In this document: piece by piece, positions 1 to 9,809 of the stretch
Layout: each line of letters starts with the position of its first letter
Numbering within the stretch: the first letter of the stretch is position 1
Source: Octopus sinensis
Lineage: Eukaryota
Reading direction: 5' to 3'
NCBI RefSeq assembly: GCF_006345805.1
Contig: NW_021834044.1
Span: forward strand, 1-36,309
Length of the DNA stretch: 36,309 nucleotides
Notes under the pieces: generated by a model
What the model was told of the DNA's origin: nothing
The model's input: only the letters and a program-made list of their open reading frames with translations
Databases searched by the model: none
Position numbers and translations under genes: made by a program

Positions 1-1
1 T

Positions 2-386
2 TCCATAGGGAAACGCAATCTTCAGGATGATAAGGTACCAATTCACACAGCTAAAGTTGTTACTGAATGACACGAGAAACATTCTAGTGAAGCTGAACAC
101 CTTATCTGATCACCACAGTCCCTAAATCTCAATATTATTGAACATTTATAGTGCATTTTAGATAAACAAATAAGGAGATGATATCGTTCACCATCATCAC
201 TACAAGAACTGGAGACTGTTTTAGCTGAAGAATGGACTAAAATTCATTCGGAAACAATTCAAGCTTTGTACAAGTCCATACCTCGTAGAATTCAAGGTGT
301 AATTACTGCCAAAAGTGGTCCTACCCCATATTAAAATAAATTTGTTTGGAATTTTAAAGTGTTTCCACTATTTTATCCAACCCCTG
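2..386 (+). mobile_element. Tc1-family DNA transposon fossil: transposase C-terminus plus 3' TIR
   Basis: Frame 2 reads ..QDDKVPIHTAKVVTE*..I*SPQSLNLNIIEHL*..SIPRRIQGVITAKSGPTPY* (stop 332-334), matching the Tc1 QDDNAPIH / WPPQSPDLNIIEHLW / IPRR..GGPTPY motifs with internal stops. It ends in GTTTCCACTATTTTATCCAACCCCTG followed by TA (387-388). Confidence 0.9.
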
Positions 387-540
387 TATATAACGACCTG
401 AATTCTATAAGAAATACTTCTTAGCAAAAATCTCAAGATTTGCCAAAGGAAAGCAGGAGTACAACCATTATTGCTTATATAAGAATAAAGGTGCCCGGAG
501 CAATTGCCCTCTTTAATTCCCTATAAGTCCAGCCCTGTTG

Positions 541-609
541 GCCCCCCCCCCACCGGAATGCTATCTCGCACCCCCAAGTGGTGCGAACACCTCTGGTTGG
601 GAAACCCTG
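541..609. mobile_element. Probable terminal fragment of a hAT/Charlie-like MITE
   Basis: Ends in GGTTGGGAAACCCTG (reverse complement CAGGGTTTCCCAACC, hAT-like TIR) followed by CTCTAAAC, which resembles the NTCTARAN target. The other end was not found. Confidence 0.45.
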
Positions 610-674
610 CTCTAAACGGTTCTAAATGTTTCCCCAAATATTCGATGTGTTTAGTCAAGTCTGGATTTTATACA

Positions 675-800
675 GACGCAGGTGTGGCCGTGTGGTGAGA
701 AACTGGCTTCCTAACCACAAGGTTCGGGGTTCAGTCCCACTGTCTGGCACCTTGGGCAAGTGTCTTCTGCAATAGCCTCGGGTCGATCAAAGCCTTGTGA
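675..800 (+). mobile_element. SINE family 1 (tRNA-like head, ACCTTGGGCAAGT core), 5' part only
   Basis: Clear similarity to the head of the full copies at 2496-2971 and 10834-11277. Confidence 0.85.
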
Positions 801-889
801 CAATAAAAGAATAAAAGAATATATATATTATATATACTTATAGATAATATACATGCATGTGTGTGCGTGTGTGTGTGTGTGTGTGTATG

Positions 890-1112
890 GGGAGGACAAC
901 AGCGTTAACCGTACATTGAAGATGCACATGAGAATGCAGGAGGCGACCTGGATGACATTGGCAGGAGGGGGGGAATCCTTCACAGCAACTGGAAGACTTC
1001 GCCGTACATCGCTTTCAGAAGTCACATCAAGGGTGATTACAACAGCAAAGTCCGTACCAAAGGCGTGTGTAGTCAACGGTTCGCAGAAAGCTAAGATTCT
1101 GCCATCGGGTGA
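890..1112 (+). pseudogene. pogo/POGK-like transposase C-terminal segment, inverted relative to the rest of the element
   Basis: Plus-strand ORF 853-1218 contains NSVNRTLKMHMRMQEATWM..GESFTATGRLRRTSLSEVTSRVITTAKSVPKACVVNGSQKAKI, resembling the post-catalytic pogo DDE_1 region (DVSINKPFK..WM..KSFTPTGR..PSL.EVC.W). Matched by eye. Confidence 0.6.
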
Positions 1113-1417
1113 CTCCGACTTTGATTTTACTTCAGCGATAACACCCTTTGGAAATTTGTCTTTCGGCCTGGTCTTTTTTTTTAAGGTCAGCATTGGTGGT
1201 AGAAGAAGAATACTGTAGGCGGTGCGTGGGGGTACCCTGGTAAAACTGGATTTCTCGGGGCCTGTCGTTTTAATGTTTCTTGGTCTGGGTACCAACTTTC
1301 TCTACATTCTTGTCTATTGGCATGTCAAAGGCGAGTGGGACCTCATCCAAATTGATAACTTGGTTAGGGAAGCTGACTTTGTGGTCTCTTATCTTGGTCT
1401 TGTAGTTTTGTCTGAAA

Positions 1418-1636
1418 CAGTACTTTTCAACCTTTTTGCTGGAGCGGAACCCCAAGGAAACATTCCACTGGCTCGAGGAACCCCTGTGCAATAATTTAAT
1501 AGTCTTATGCACACATATCTGCACAGGAGAAATAAAAATTACTGTTGATTTTAGCATTTTTGTAACTTCTTGCGGAACCCCTGGACTGTGTTGGCGGAAC
1601 CCTAAGTTTCCGCGGAACCCTGGTTGAAAACCACTG
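1418..1636. mobile_element. hAT-superfamily MITE (219 bp)
   Basis: TIRs CAGTACTTTTCAACC / GGTTGAAAACCACTG, a perfect 8-bp TSD GTCTGAAA (1410-1417, 1637-1644), and repeated internal GGAACCC motifs. Confidence 0.92.
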
Positions 1637-2008
1637 GTCTGAAAAGTTGAAGTTGTTCTGGCTCTCAGTGACAGCTGCTTTCTTCACGTGAACCGGAGAC
1701 ACCAGGATGGCCCACCTTGGAAGTCGGTCAGCCCAAGGTCTTTGGCTAAGGATACTGCTTTCAGCCTTATCTGTACTATGCTTACACCTCGGTGTGAGAC
1801 TCTCTGCTCAAATACCCACCCAACTCTCAACCTGGTCTTCTAGAACTGGTCATCTTGCCTTCTTGCTACGGTTTGCTCCTTTGGTCTTTATGGTCAGTTG
1901 TAGTGAATCTTCTTGTTTGCGCCATGAACGGACCATGGATTCATTTATGCTGCACTGTCTTGCTGTGGCTCTCTTACCATGTTCTTTTGCGTAGTCGATA
2001 CATTCTAA

Positions 2009-2328
2009 ACTTTGCTTTTCATCCTTTCGGGGTCGATTAAATTAGTACCAGTTACGCACTGGGGTCGATGTAATCGACTTAATCCGTTTGTCTGTCCTTG
2101 TTTGTCCTCTCTGTGTTTAGCCCCTTGTGGGTAGTAAAGAAATAGGCATTTCGTCTGCTGCTACGTTCTGAGTTCAAATTTCGCCGAGGTCGACTTTGCC
2201 TTTCATCCTTTCGGGGTCGATTAAATTAGTACCAGTTACGCACTGGGGTCGATGTAATCGACTTAATCCGTTTGTCTGTCCTTGTTTGTCCCCTCTGTGT
2301 TTAACCCCTTGTGGGTAATAAATAAACA
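2009..2328 (+). mobile_element. SINE family 2, 5'-truncated tandem dimer (184-bp period)
   Basis: Two copies of the CTTTCATCCTTTCGGGGTCGAT..AGTACCAG body at 2009 and 2193, flanked by a 12-bp TSD GATACATTCTAA (1997-2008, 2329-2340). Confidence 0.9.
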
Positions 2329-2495
2329 GATACATTCTAACTTGAAAACAGCTTTGTAACTCTTTCTCGAAGGCCTTTTCAAACTACATACACGTCAACT
2401 ACAAAAAAAAAAAGCTAGCTGCGGACGCGTAACTCTATAGGTCCTTAAAAAACCGGGCGTTTTATGTGCGGATATATGCTTTTCATTGTCAAACA

Positions 2496-2660
2496 GGCGC
2501 AGGAGTTGCTGTGTGGTAAGTAGCTTGCTTACCAACCACATGGTTCCGGGTTCAGTCCCACTGCGTGGCATCTTGGGCAAGTGTCTTCTACTATAGCCTC
2601 GGGCCGACCAAAGCCTTGTGAGTGGATTCGGTAGGCGGAAACTGAAAGAAGCCCGTCGTA

Positions 2661-2749
<89 letters not shown>

Positions 2750-2971
2750 GTGTTTTTGTGAGTTTGTCCACCCAAACATCACTTGACAACCGATGCTGGT
2801 GTGTTTACGTCCACGTCACTTAGCGGTTCGGCAAAAGAGACCGATAGAATAAGTACTGGGCTTACAAAGAATAAGTCCTGGGGTCGATTTGCTCGACTAA
2901 AGGCGGTGCTCCAGCATGGCTGCAGTCAAGGGACTGAAACAAGTAAAAGAGTAAAAGTGTAAAAGAGTAAA
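2496..2971 (+). mobile_element. SINE family 1, full length with internal (TA)n microsatellite
   Basis: Box A/B-like head (TGTGTGGTAAG..GGTTCAGTCCC), MIR/CORE-like TCTTGGGCAAGT segment, (TA)n at about 2658-2742, conserved 3' half and (GTAAAAGA)n tail. Other copies of the family occur in the window. Confidence 0.9.
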
Positions 2972-3107
2972 CTGACCTTGTTTGTTTGTCTCTTATAATT
3001 GTGCCATTAGGATTGTCTTTTCGGTCGTTCCTGAGTGACGGGGACGCTACGAGAATTACACTGGGAGGTATTAGCGTCCTATCCCTGGGCACCGCTCATG
3101 GCTTACG

Positions 3108-3197
3108 TCAGGAAGAGATATATGGAGAGTTGTAGTAGTGACGGTGGCGGCGGTTGTCTAGATTGGTAGAACCGAGAACAGCAGCGGTAGACGAAGT
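3108..3197 (-). other. Candidate terminal coding exon of a putative small spliced gene
   Basis: Pyrimidine tract plus TTCCAG acceptor, then phase-0 TSSTAAVLGSTNLDNRRHRHYYNSPYISS*. No homology recognised. Confidence 0.25.
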
Positions 3198-3281
3198 CTG
3201 GAAAGAGAAGATTGTGAGGGTTTGGAGATCAAAAAGAGAGAAAAGGAGAGAATGATATATACAGAGAGTCATACACACACT

Positions 3282-3282
<1 letters not shown>

Positions 3283-3312
<30 letters not shown>

Positions 3313-3463
3313 TTATATACACACATATATATATGTATACATGCACGCATGTATTCACGCATATATACATATACTTACATATATACATACATATTTATAT
3401 ATATATATATGCATACATACATATATACATATATGTGTGTGTATGTATGTGCATATGTGTGTA

Positions 3464-3500
<37 letters not shown>

Positions 3501-4100
3501 GAGTGCATGTATGTACATACATAGTTACGTTTATGAATATATTCAAAGACACACATATGTGCGTAGATAGATAGACAGACAGACAGACAGATAGATAGAT
3601 ACATACATATATACATACATACATTCATGCATACATACATACTTGCATACATACATACATACATACACACATACATATATACATACATACATACATGCAT
3701 ACATACATACTTGCATACATACATACATACACACATACATATATACATACATACATACATACACAAATACATACATACAAACATACATACACACACACAT
3801 ACATACACACACACATACATACATACACACATACATACACATACATACATACATACACACACATACATACACACATACACACATACATACACACATACAT
3901 ACATACATACATACACACATACATACATACATACATACATACATACACACACACACATACACACACATACATACATACACACATACACACATACATACAC
4001 ACATACACACAGACACACACATACACACACATGCATACATACACACACACACTCAAACCTGCACACATACACAGACACATGTACACACAGAAAGTAGCAG
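3283..4100. repeat. Compound (TG)n/(CATA)n/(CA)n microsatellite tract
   Basis: Direct reading; it is the source of the CV/YI/HT low-complexity ORFs. Confidence 0.97.
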
Positions 4101-4389
4101 CCAGAGAGAGCGGGCAGAGAGAGAGAGATAGAGAGAGACAGGCAGTTAGAGTGGGGAGGGTTTATTGATTAGGGAGACGGAAAAGTGAATCGCGAGCGCG
4201 CGCTTTTCTAAGGGAGCTTGGGATGAGGGGTAGGAGGAGGAAGAGGAGGGTAGGTAAGAGGGGACGGGGCAGGGGTGAGAGTAATGAGGAGGTGTTTGGT
4301 TGAGATAACACGCGGCAGGTGATGTTAACTTGGGTCACGTGTGGTGGAGAAAGGAAGGTTAAGGGACGAGGGAGGGGGAGGGAGAAGAG

Positions 4390-4620
4390 GGAGGAGGGGC
4401 GGGGGTGAAAGGACGTGGACCCTAAAATGTACACCGCCATTAATGTTTTATTGGAGCTTTTTGTTGTTGTTGCTGTTGTTGTTGGTGTTGCTATTGAAAG
4501 GTGGATCTTGGGTGGGCGGTGGAGGTGGTGGTGGTGGTGGGCAGCGTTGATTGTCATGTGGATGGGGGCGGCGGAGGGGGGTGGAGGTTTAGGGTGGTGG
4601 TGGTGGTGGTGGTGTTACGA
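4390..4620. repeat. GGT/GTT-rich trinucleotide low-complexity tract
   Basis: Direct reading. Confidence 0.85.
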
Positions 4621-4652
4621 CTGACTTGCTAATAATAGCAGCCAAACCTCAC

Positions 4653-4746
4653 TCGAATTACATCGTTTTCACGCCTTAAAAAGGACATGCAAGGCGTGAT
4701 AGTCATGTTCAGAACGCTTTCGAGAATATGTTCAGCCAGAGTTTTC
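4653..4746 (-). other. Candidate internal coding exon (94 nt)
   Basis: Unique island between two low-complexity tracts, bounded by a TTTCAG acceptor and a GTGAGG donor, with an open frame KTLAEHILESVLNMTITPCMSFLRRENDVIR. Confidence 0.35.
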
Positions 4747-4754
4747 CTGAAACT

Positions 4755-5205
4755 AAACTACAATAACAACAACCACCACTGCCACCACCACCAACGGCAA
4801 CAATGACTCTGCTACTGTAACCGCGGCTACCACACTTATCCTCACACCACCACCACCACCAATACTACCAGCGCCACTACAACCTATATCAACACTACGA
4901 GTACTGCACATATACATATACAAGACTACAATCACCACACACAACCACCGCCACAACCATCACCACTACAACTACAACCACTATTACCACCAACACCACT
5001 GACACAATCATCTCCACCACCACCACCACCACCACCACTACGACCATCGCCGCCGCCGCCGCCACCATCACTCCCACCGCCACAAACACCACCACCACCA
5101 CCACTACTATCTTCGCCGCCGTCACCGCCACCGCCTCCACCCCCACTACGACCATCGCCGCCGCCACCATTACCCCCACCGCCACTACGTCCGCACCACT
5201 CCTAA
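4755..5205. repeat. (CCA)/(CCG)/(CAA)-rich trinucleotide tract with short internal duplications
   Basis: Direct reading; CACTACGACCATCGCCGCCGCC occurs twice. Confidence 0.9.
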
Positions 5206-5216
5206 TGATGACATAC

Positions 5217-5287
5217 GAGAAAGCTTCCTTATGCTTTAGCAACATCAATTATGAATGGTCAATCACGTGACAATGAACTGGCTTGAT
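5217..5287 (-). other. Candidate exon (71 nt) containing a possible ATG
   Basis: CCCCTTTCCGACAG acceptor and GTATGT donor; ATG at 5245-5243 preceded by an in-frame TAA; ends in phase 2, compatible with the 4746-4653 exon. Confidence 0.3.
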
Positions 5288-5589
5288 CTGTCGGAAAGGG
5301 GAGACGACTCTCGGTCATTACCTCACTTACCCTCACCACCACCCTCACTCCACCCCTCCCCTCCCCCCATCCGACCCCCTTTACAACGTTTATCTTCCTC
5401 ACCTTGTCTTTTCTCCCTCCGCCATCGCCGTCCACCCGAAGACCTCCCGATTCTATGAGACCACGGGGTGGGGGAAGTGAGGTGGGGCTGGAGGGGAGAA
5501 AGGGAGTCTTTAGGGTCATCATTGTCGTCGTGCCTCTTTTATGATGGAGGCACTGGGGGAAGGGTTGAGAAATGGGTTTCGAGAAGGGG

Positions 5590-5797
5590 TGGGGAATTGG
5601 CGAGAATATAAATAGACAGAGAGGGAGAGAAACAGAGAGAGAGAAACAGAGAAAGACACGGAGAGGAAAAGAGATGAATAGGGAGAGATGAAGAGAAGCG
5701 GAGAGATAGAAAGGAGACAGAAGGAAAAGAGAGAGAGAGGGAGAGAGAGAGAAAGAGAGGGGGAGAAATGTAGAGTGAGAGGTGGAGAAAGCAAAAC

Positions 5798-5836
<39 letters not shown>

Positions 5837-6360
5837 GAGCGAGATATATGTTTAAATAGTGAAATAGACAAAGAGACAGACAGACAGACATGGAGAGAGA
5901 GAGTGGGTGAGTGAGATATACATTTATATAGTGAGATAGACACTATATAAATAGTGAGAGACAGATGGACATGGAGAGAGAGAGAGAGAGATTTATATAG
6001 AGGGAGAGAAAGACAGGCAGACGTGGAGAGAAAGAGAGAAAGAAAGGTGTAGAGAGGGTGAGACAGTTTTATGTAAAAACTAAGAGGGGCGTGGTGCTAG
6101 AGAAGGAGAGACGTTTGGTAATAGGGAAGAGAAAAGATAGAGTCCGTCTGTCTGTCTGTCTGTCTGTCTTGCCAGACAAACAGACAGACAGATAAAGAAA
6201 TTGCTAAAAGGGAGAGGAAGGGATAGAAATAGGGAGACAGAGGTGGAGAACTAGAGAGAGAGAGAGAGAGATAAAGATAAGAGATGATTTGAAGAGAGAG
6301 AAGCAAAGAAACAGAGGTGGAGAATTAGAGATAAAAGGATGCAAGTTTAGAGGAGAGAGA
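5590..6360. repeat. (AG)n/purine-rich low-complexity tract
   Basis: Direct reading. Confidence 0.92.
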
Positions 6361-6599
6361 AAATAAAATGGCTTCCGTGATTTTAGCAAATGCAGAATTC
6401 TTGTGCGGCTGTTGATGTTGCCATTGGCCTCGTTTTTGTTGTTATTGTTATTGTTGTTGTTGTTGTTGTTGCTGTTGTTGATGTTGATGATGATGTTGTT
6501 TATCTGCCAGCAAAGGCCGAATGGAACAATCATTCAAAATGCGTTTCCAGTCCCGTCCCATCATTTTCAATATATTCTAAGGCAGCATGTTGTGTATTT

Positions 6600-7177
6600 G
6601 ACTAAGATCTGTCCCAGTCGTAATGTCACACACCAACTCTCGACGTCATTCTCACGGTTTCAGCGTCTGTTTCAACGCTGTTCTCCCGGTTTTAACGTCA
6701 GTTTCCAAGTCCCAACGCCATTCTCCCAGTTTAAACATCAATTTCTCAGTTCCAACGTCCACATGAAACTAGCAACTTCAATTTCGAGTTTTTAGTTTGT
6801 CCGTCACTTTCACAGCTCCCACGCCCCTTTAATTCAAAAGGTATTTCCAGTTGCGACCATCCTGTCATTTTCAATTATTGTAACGCAATAGAATCGATAT
6901 TTGAGGGAAATTTGTGTCCCATTTTCAACGTCAGACTCCCTATTTCGACGTCAGACTCCCTATTACAAAATCTGTCTCCCATTTGCAATACCAGACTCTA
7001 CGTTTGAACACCGTTCTCCCAGTTTCAACGTCAGTTTCTCCAATTCAAACGCCAGTGCCCTATACACAACATCTTTGTCCCAGATTGAACTCCTGCCTCT
7101 TACTTTAAACATCAATCTTCCACATTTAATTCCTCAATCTCAGCCTCCACTTGAAGCAAACAACTTCAAGTCTTCAA
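6600..7177. repeat. Degenerate ~20-bp-period minisatellite (TTTCAACGTCAG-like core)
   Basis: Recurrent TTTCAACGTCAGACTCCC / TTTCAACGTCAGTTTC variants, including a near-perfect pair at about 6922-6961. Confidence 0.6.
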
Positions 7178-8044
7178 CTTAATCTCACGTCTTCAACTTG
7201 AGTGTTAATCGCACATCCTCGGTGTTAATCGCACATCCTCGGGGTTAATCTCACATCTTCAGTGTTAATCTCACATCTTCAGTGTTAATCTCACATCCTC
7301 GGTGTTAATCTCACATCTTCAATGTTAATCTCACATCCTCGGTGTTAATCTCACATCTTCAATGTTAATCTCACATCCTCGGTGTTAATCTCACATCTTC
7401 AATGTTAATCTCACATCCTCGGTGTTAATCTCACATCTTCAATGTTAATCTCACATCCTCGGTGTTAATCTCACATCTTCAGTGTTAATCTCACATCCTC
7501 GGTGTTAATCTCACATCTTCAGTGTTAATCTCACATCCTCGGTGTTAATCTCACATCTTCAGTGTTAATCTCACATCCTCGGTGTTAATCTCACGTCTTC
7601 AGTGTTAATCTCACATCTTCAGTGTTAATCTCACATCTTCAGTGTTAATCTCACATCCTCGGTGTTAATCTCACATCTTCAGTGTTAATCTCACATCCTC
7701 GGTGTTAATCTCACATCTTCAATGTTAATCTCACATCCTCAGTGTTAATCTCACATCTTCAGTGTTAATCTCACATCCTCGGTGTTAATCTCACATCTTC
7801 AGTGTTAATCTCACGTCCTCGGGGTTAATCTCACATCCTCGGTGTTAATCTCACGTCTTCAGTGTTAATCTCACATCTTCAGTGTTAATCTCACATCTTC
7901 AGTGTTAATCTCACATCCTCGGTGTTAATCTCACATCTTCAGTGTTAATCTCACATCCTCGGTGTTAATCTCAAATCTTCAATGTTAATCTCACATCCTC
8001 GGTGTTAATCTCACGTCTTCGGTGTTAATCTCACATCTTCGGTG
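7178..8044. repeat. 20-bp tandem satellite, 42 full units (7201-8040)
   Basis: Unit (A/G)GTGTTAATCTCACATC(C/T)TC, with variants CCTC-G and CTTC-A often alternating as a 40-bp dimer. No spacers. Confidence 0.98.
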
Positions 8045-8800
8045 CTATATCAATACGATGGTTCGCTGAAGGTCACCAGTGTGGCATTTAGTTGATATCA
8101 CCAGCTTAACGCAGTCCCTTGGTTTATTAGTTCGACAGACGTTGTTCTCACGTCGGGTTGACTCCATGCTTGTTGGTTAAAGATGACGATGTCGACGGTG
8201 GATTCTGGTAGCAGTGGTGGCAGACAGACGTCACCAACTGTGTCCGTGTGTTCGTTGAATTACAATCAAAATTCGCTTTAAGATTATATAGTTTTATTGT
8301 AGTAGTGAGTTATACATGAATTACTTTGCATAGAGTTGTGTATAGAGATGTGTAGTCTTTGATAGAAATATCTCTGGTGTGTCAGCAGTAAACGGATGAA
8401 TGTGTGAAAGACATTGGTTACGCTTTGTGTATATAGAAGGAGACTTGACAGAAGCGTTTTCTGGATAGCATGAAGATGACGATATTGAGTTTGGTCTATT
8501 CTGCCAGCGCATATGGAAGAAGAAATCGTTCTTGTGCGTGAGAAACCAGCGCTTACGCGATAGAACGAAACTGCATGCCAGGAGCCCTTTCAGAAAGGGA
8601 GACCAGGAACTGAAAGGAACTCAGTTGAACAATGGCGGTGGCTACATTATATAATTGACAATCGGACGTAGCAGAGAACGCCTGTTCGAGAGAGCTTGAT
8701 AATTCAGCCAATCACAGACTGAAAACTTACGGAATCGCCTGGGCCTACTTTGAAGTCCAAAAATGCATGTTTTAGCTAAAGCTAATACAGACATGCTACA
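8043..8800. other. Unexplained ~758-bp insertion separating the satellite from one orphan unit (possible solo LTR)
   Basis: A satellite monomer resumes at about 8799-8822. The plus strand begins TG and ends CA, but there is no clean TSD or TIR. Confidence 0.3.
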
Positions 8801-8959
8801 ATGTTAATCACACATCTTCGGTTCCACATTCTCATTTCCAAACCCATTTCGCAGATCATCCTCTCACTTTCAGTGTCCGTCTCAATTTCCAAAATCCCTC
8901 ACTCATGATTACATGTCGACTCCAGGTTCCAATCAGGGCCACCTTAAACAGCATTATAG

Positions 8960-9540
8960 AAACCCCGTGCAAATCAGTGCCCAGGGCCCTGTAATATTTG
9001 TTTATTGACAGCAAGCCATATCATACATAGATCTGAACTGTGTCCCTGAACTCGTGAGGCTCCGAGGCAAACCAACGTAGTGGGTTCGTATAGTATTTAT
9101 TTATCGACAGTAAGCTACAGCATGAATAGGTCAGAAAGAGGCCTCTACACTCGTGCTGCTCCAATGAAAATCACTGGATTGAGCCGTATATTATTTGTTT
9201 ATTGGCAGCAAGCCGCAGTAAACATAAGCCAGATATGAGCCCTTAACACTGTGAGGTTCCGGGAAAAATCAGTGCACAGGCCATACATTTGTTTGTTGAG
9301 AGCAAGTCACAGCATATATAGATCAGAATAGGGTCTTTAGACACTTGAAGTCCCCAGGCAAGTCAGTGCACTGGGTCCTCTGGTATTTATTGGCGGCCAT
9401 ATATAGACCAGAACTGGGTCCCTAGACCAAGAGACCTTCGAGCGAATTAATGCACTGGATCCTATTGGAAGTAAGTCACAGTATACATAGATCGGAACAA
9501 AGCCTCTAGACCTCTGAAACCCCAGGACAAATTTACAATG
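8960..9540. repeat. Old degenerate tandem repeat, ~95-99-bp period, about 6 units
   Basis: The motif TATTTGTTTATTGRCAGCAAG..CATA(C/T)ATAGA recurs at about 8995, 9094, 9192, 9286, 9384 and 9462. Confidence 0.75.
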
Positions 9541-9755
9541 AGCCCATGTTATAAGACGGTACTGGTTCCAACCTCAGTTTATAACATTCTGGTTTCAGTC
9601 GTGGGAGATGCTCGAAGCAGTGACCGACACCAGTTCCAATGGGTTTCAGAGATGATATTTCGACTCAGGCTTTGCTCTGCAGGCTGCCACGCAGAAAAGA
9701 TTCTTGCTTAAGACAAAATGGTGTCATGGTGTCAACACACCATAGCCGGGTCATA

Positions 9756-9769
9756 GCGCCCTCTACTGG
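9756..9769 (-). promoter_or_regulatory. CTCF-consensus motif
   Basis: The minus strand reads CCAGTAGAGGGCGC, matching the CTCF core CCASYAGRKGGCRS. Motif match only. Confidence 0.3.
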
Positions 9770-9809
9770 ACTGATGGACGCATGACAAACTACAGTGAAA
9801 ATACTTTTA

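Larger units (their letters stand above)
1113..2480 (-). mobile_element. pogo/POGK-like DNA transposon fossil (BrkDBD-like + CENP-B HTH + N-terminal half of DDE_1), interrupted by a hAT MITE and a SINE
   Basis: After removing the nested inserts the minus strand reads PSRKSYKAVFKLECIDYAKEHGKRATARQCSINESMVRSWRKQE..LRLKA-like..DFQGGPSWCLRF..LSLRARTT..VINLDEVPLAFDMP..NIKTTGPEKSSFT..PPMLTLKKKTRPKDKFPKGVI, with stops and frameshifts. A TIR-like end lies near 2455-2480. Confidence 0.85.

Noticed and set aside
3281-4168. Long overlapping ORFs rich in CV/YV/HT/YI
   Set aside because: They are translations of CA/CATA/TA microsatellites. The same applies to the ORFs at 2395-2789, 10355-10719, 15679-16324, 25389-26346 and 26557-27109.
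4500-5205. GGT block and CCA block as a designed fold-back structure
   Set aside because: Complementarity is only that of generic trinucleotide low complexity; there is no specific long inverted repeat.
7178-8044. Regular short direct repeats resembling a CRISPR array
   Set aside because: Units are contiguous with no unique spacers, there are no cas genes, and the context is eukaryotic.
8960-9540. 99-bp period as ankyrin-like (33-aa) coding repeats
   Set aside because: The frames I translated contain stops, unit lengths vary by non-multiples of 3, and no ankyrin consensus is visible.
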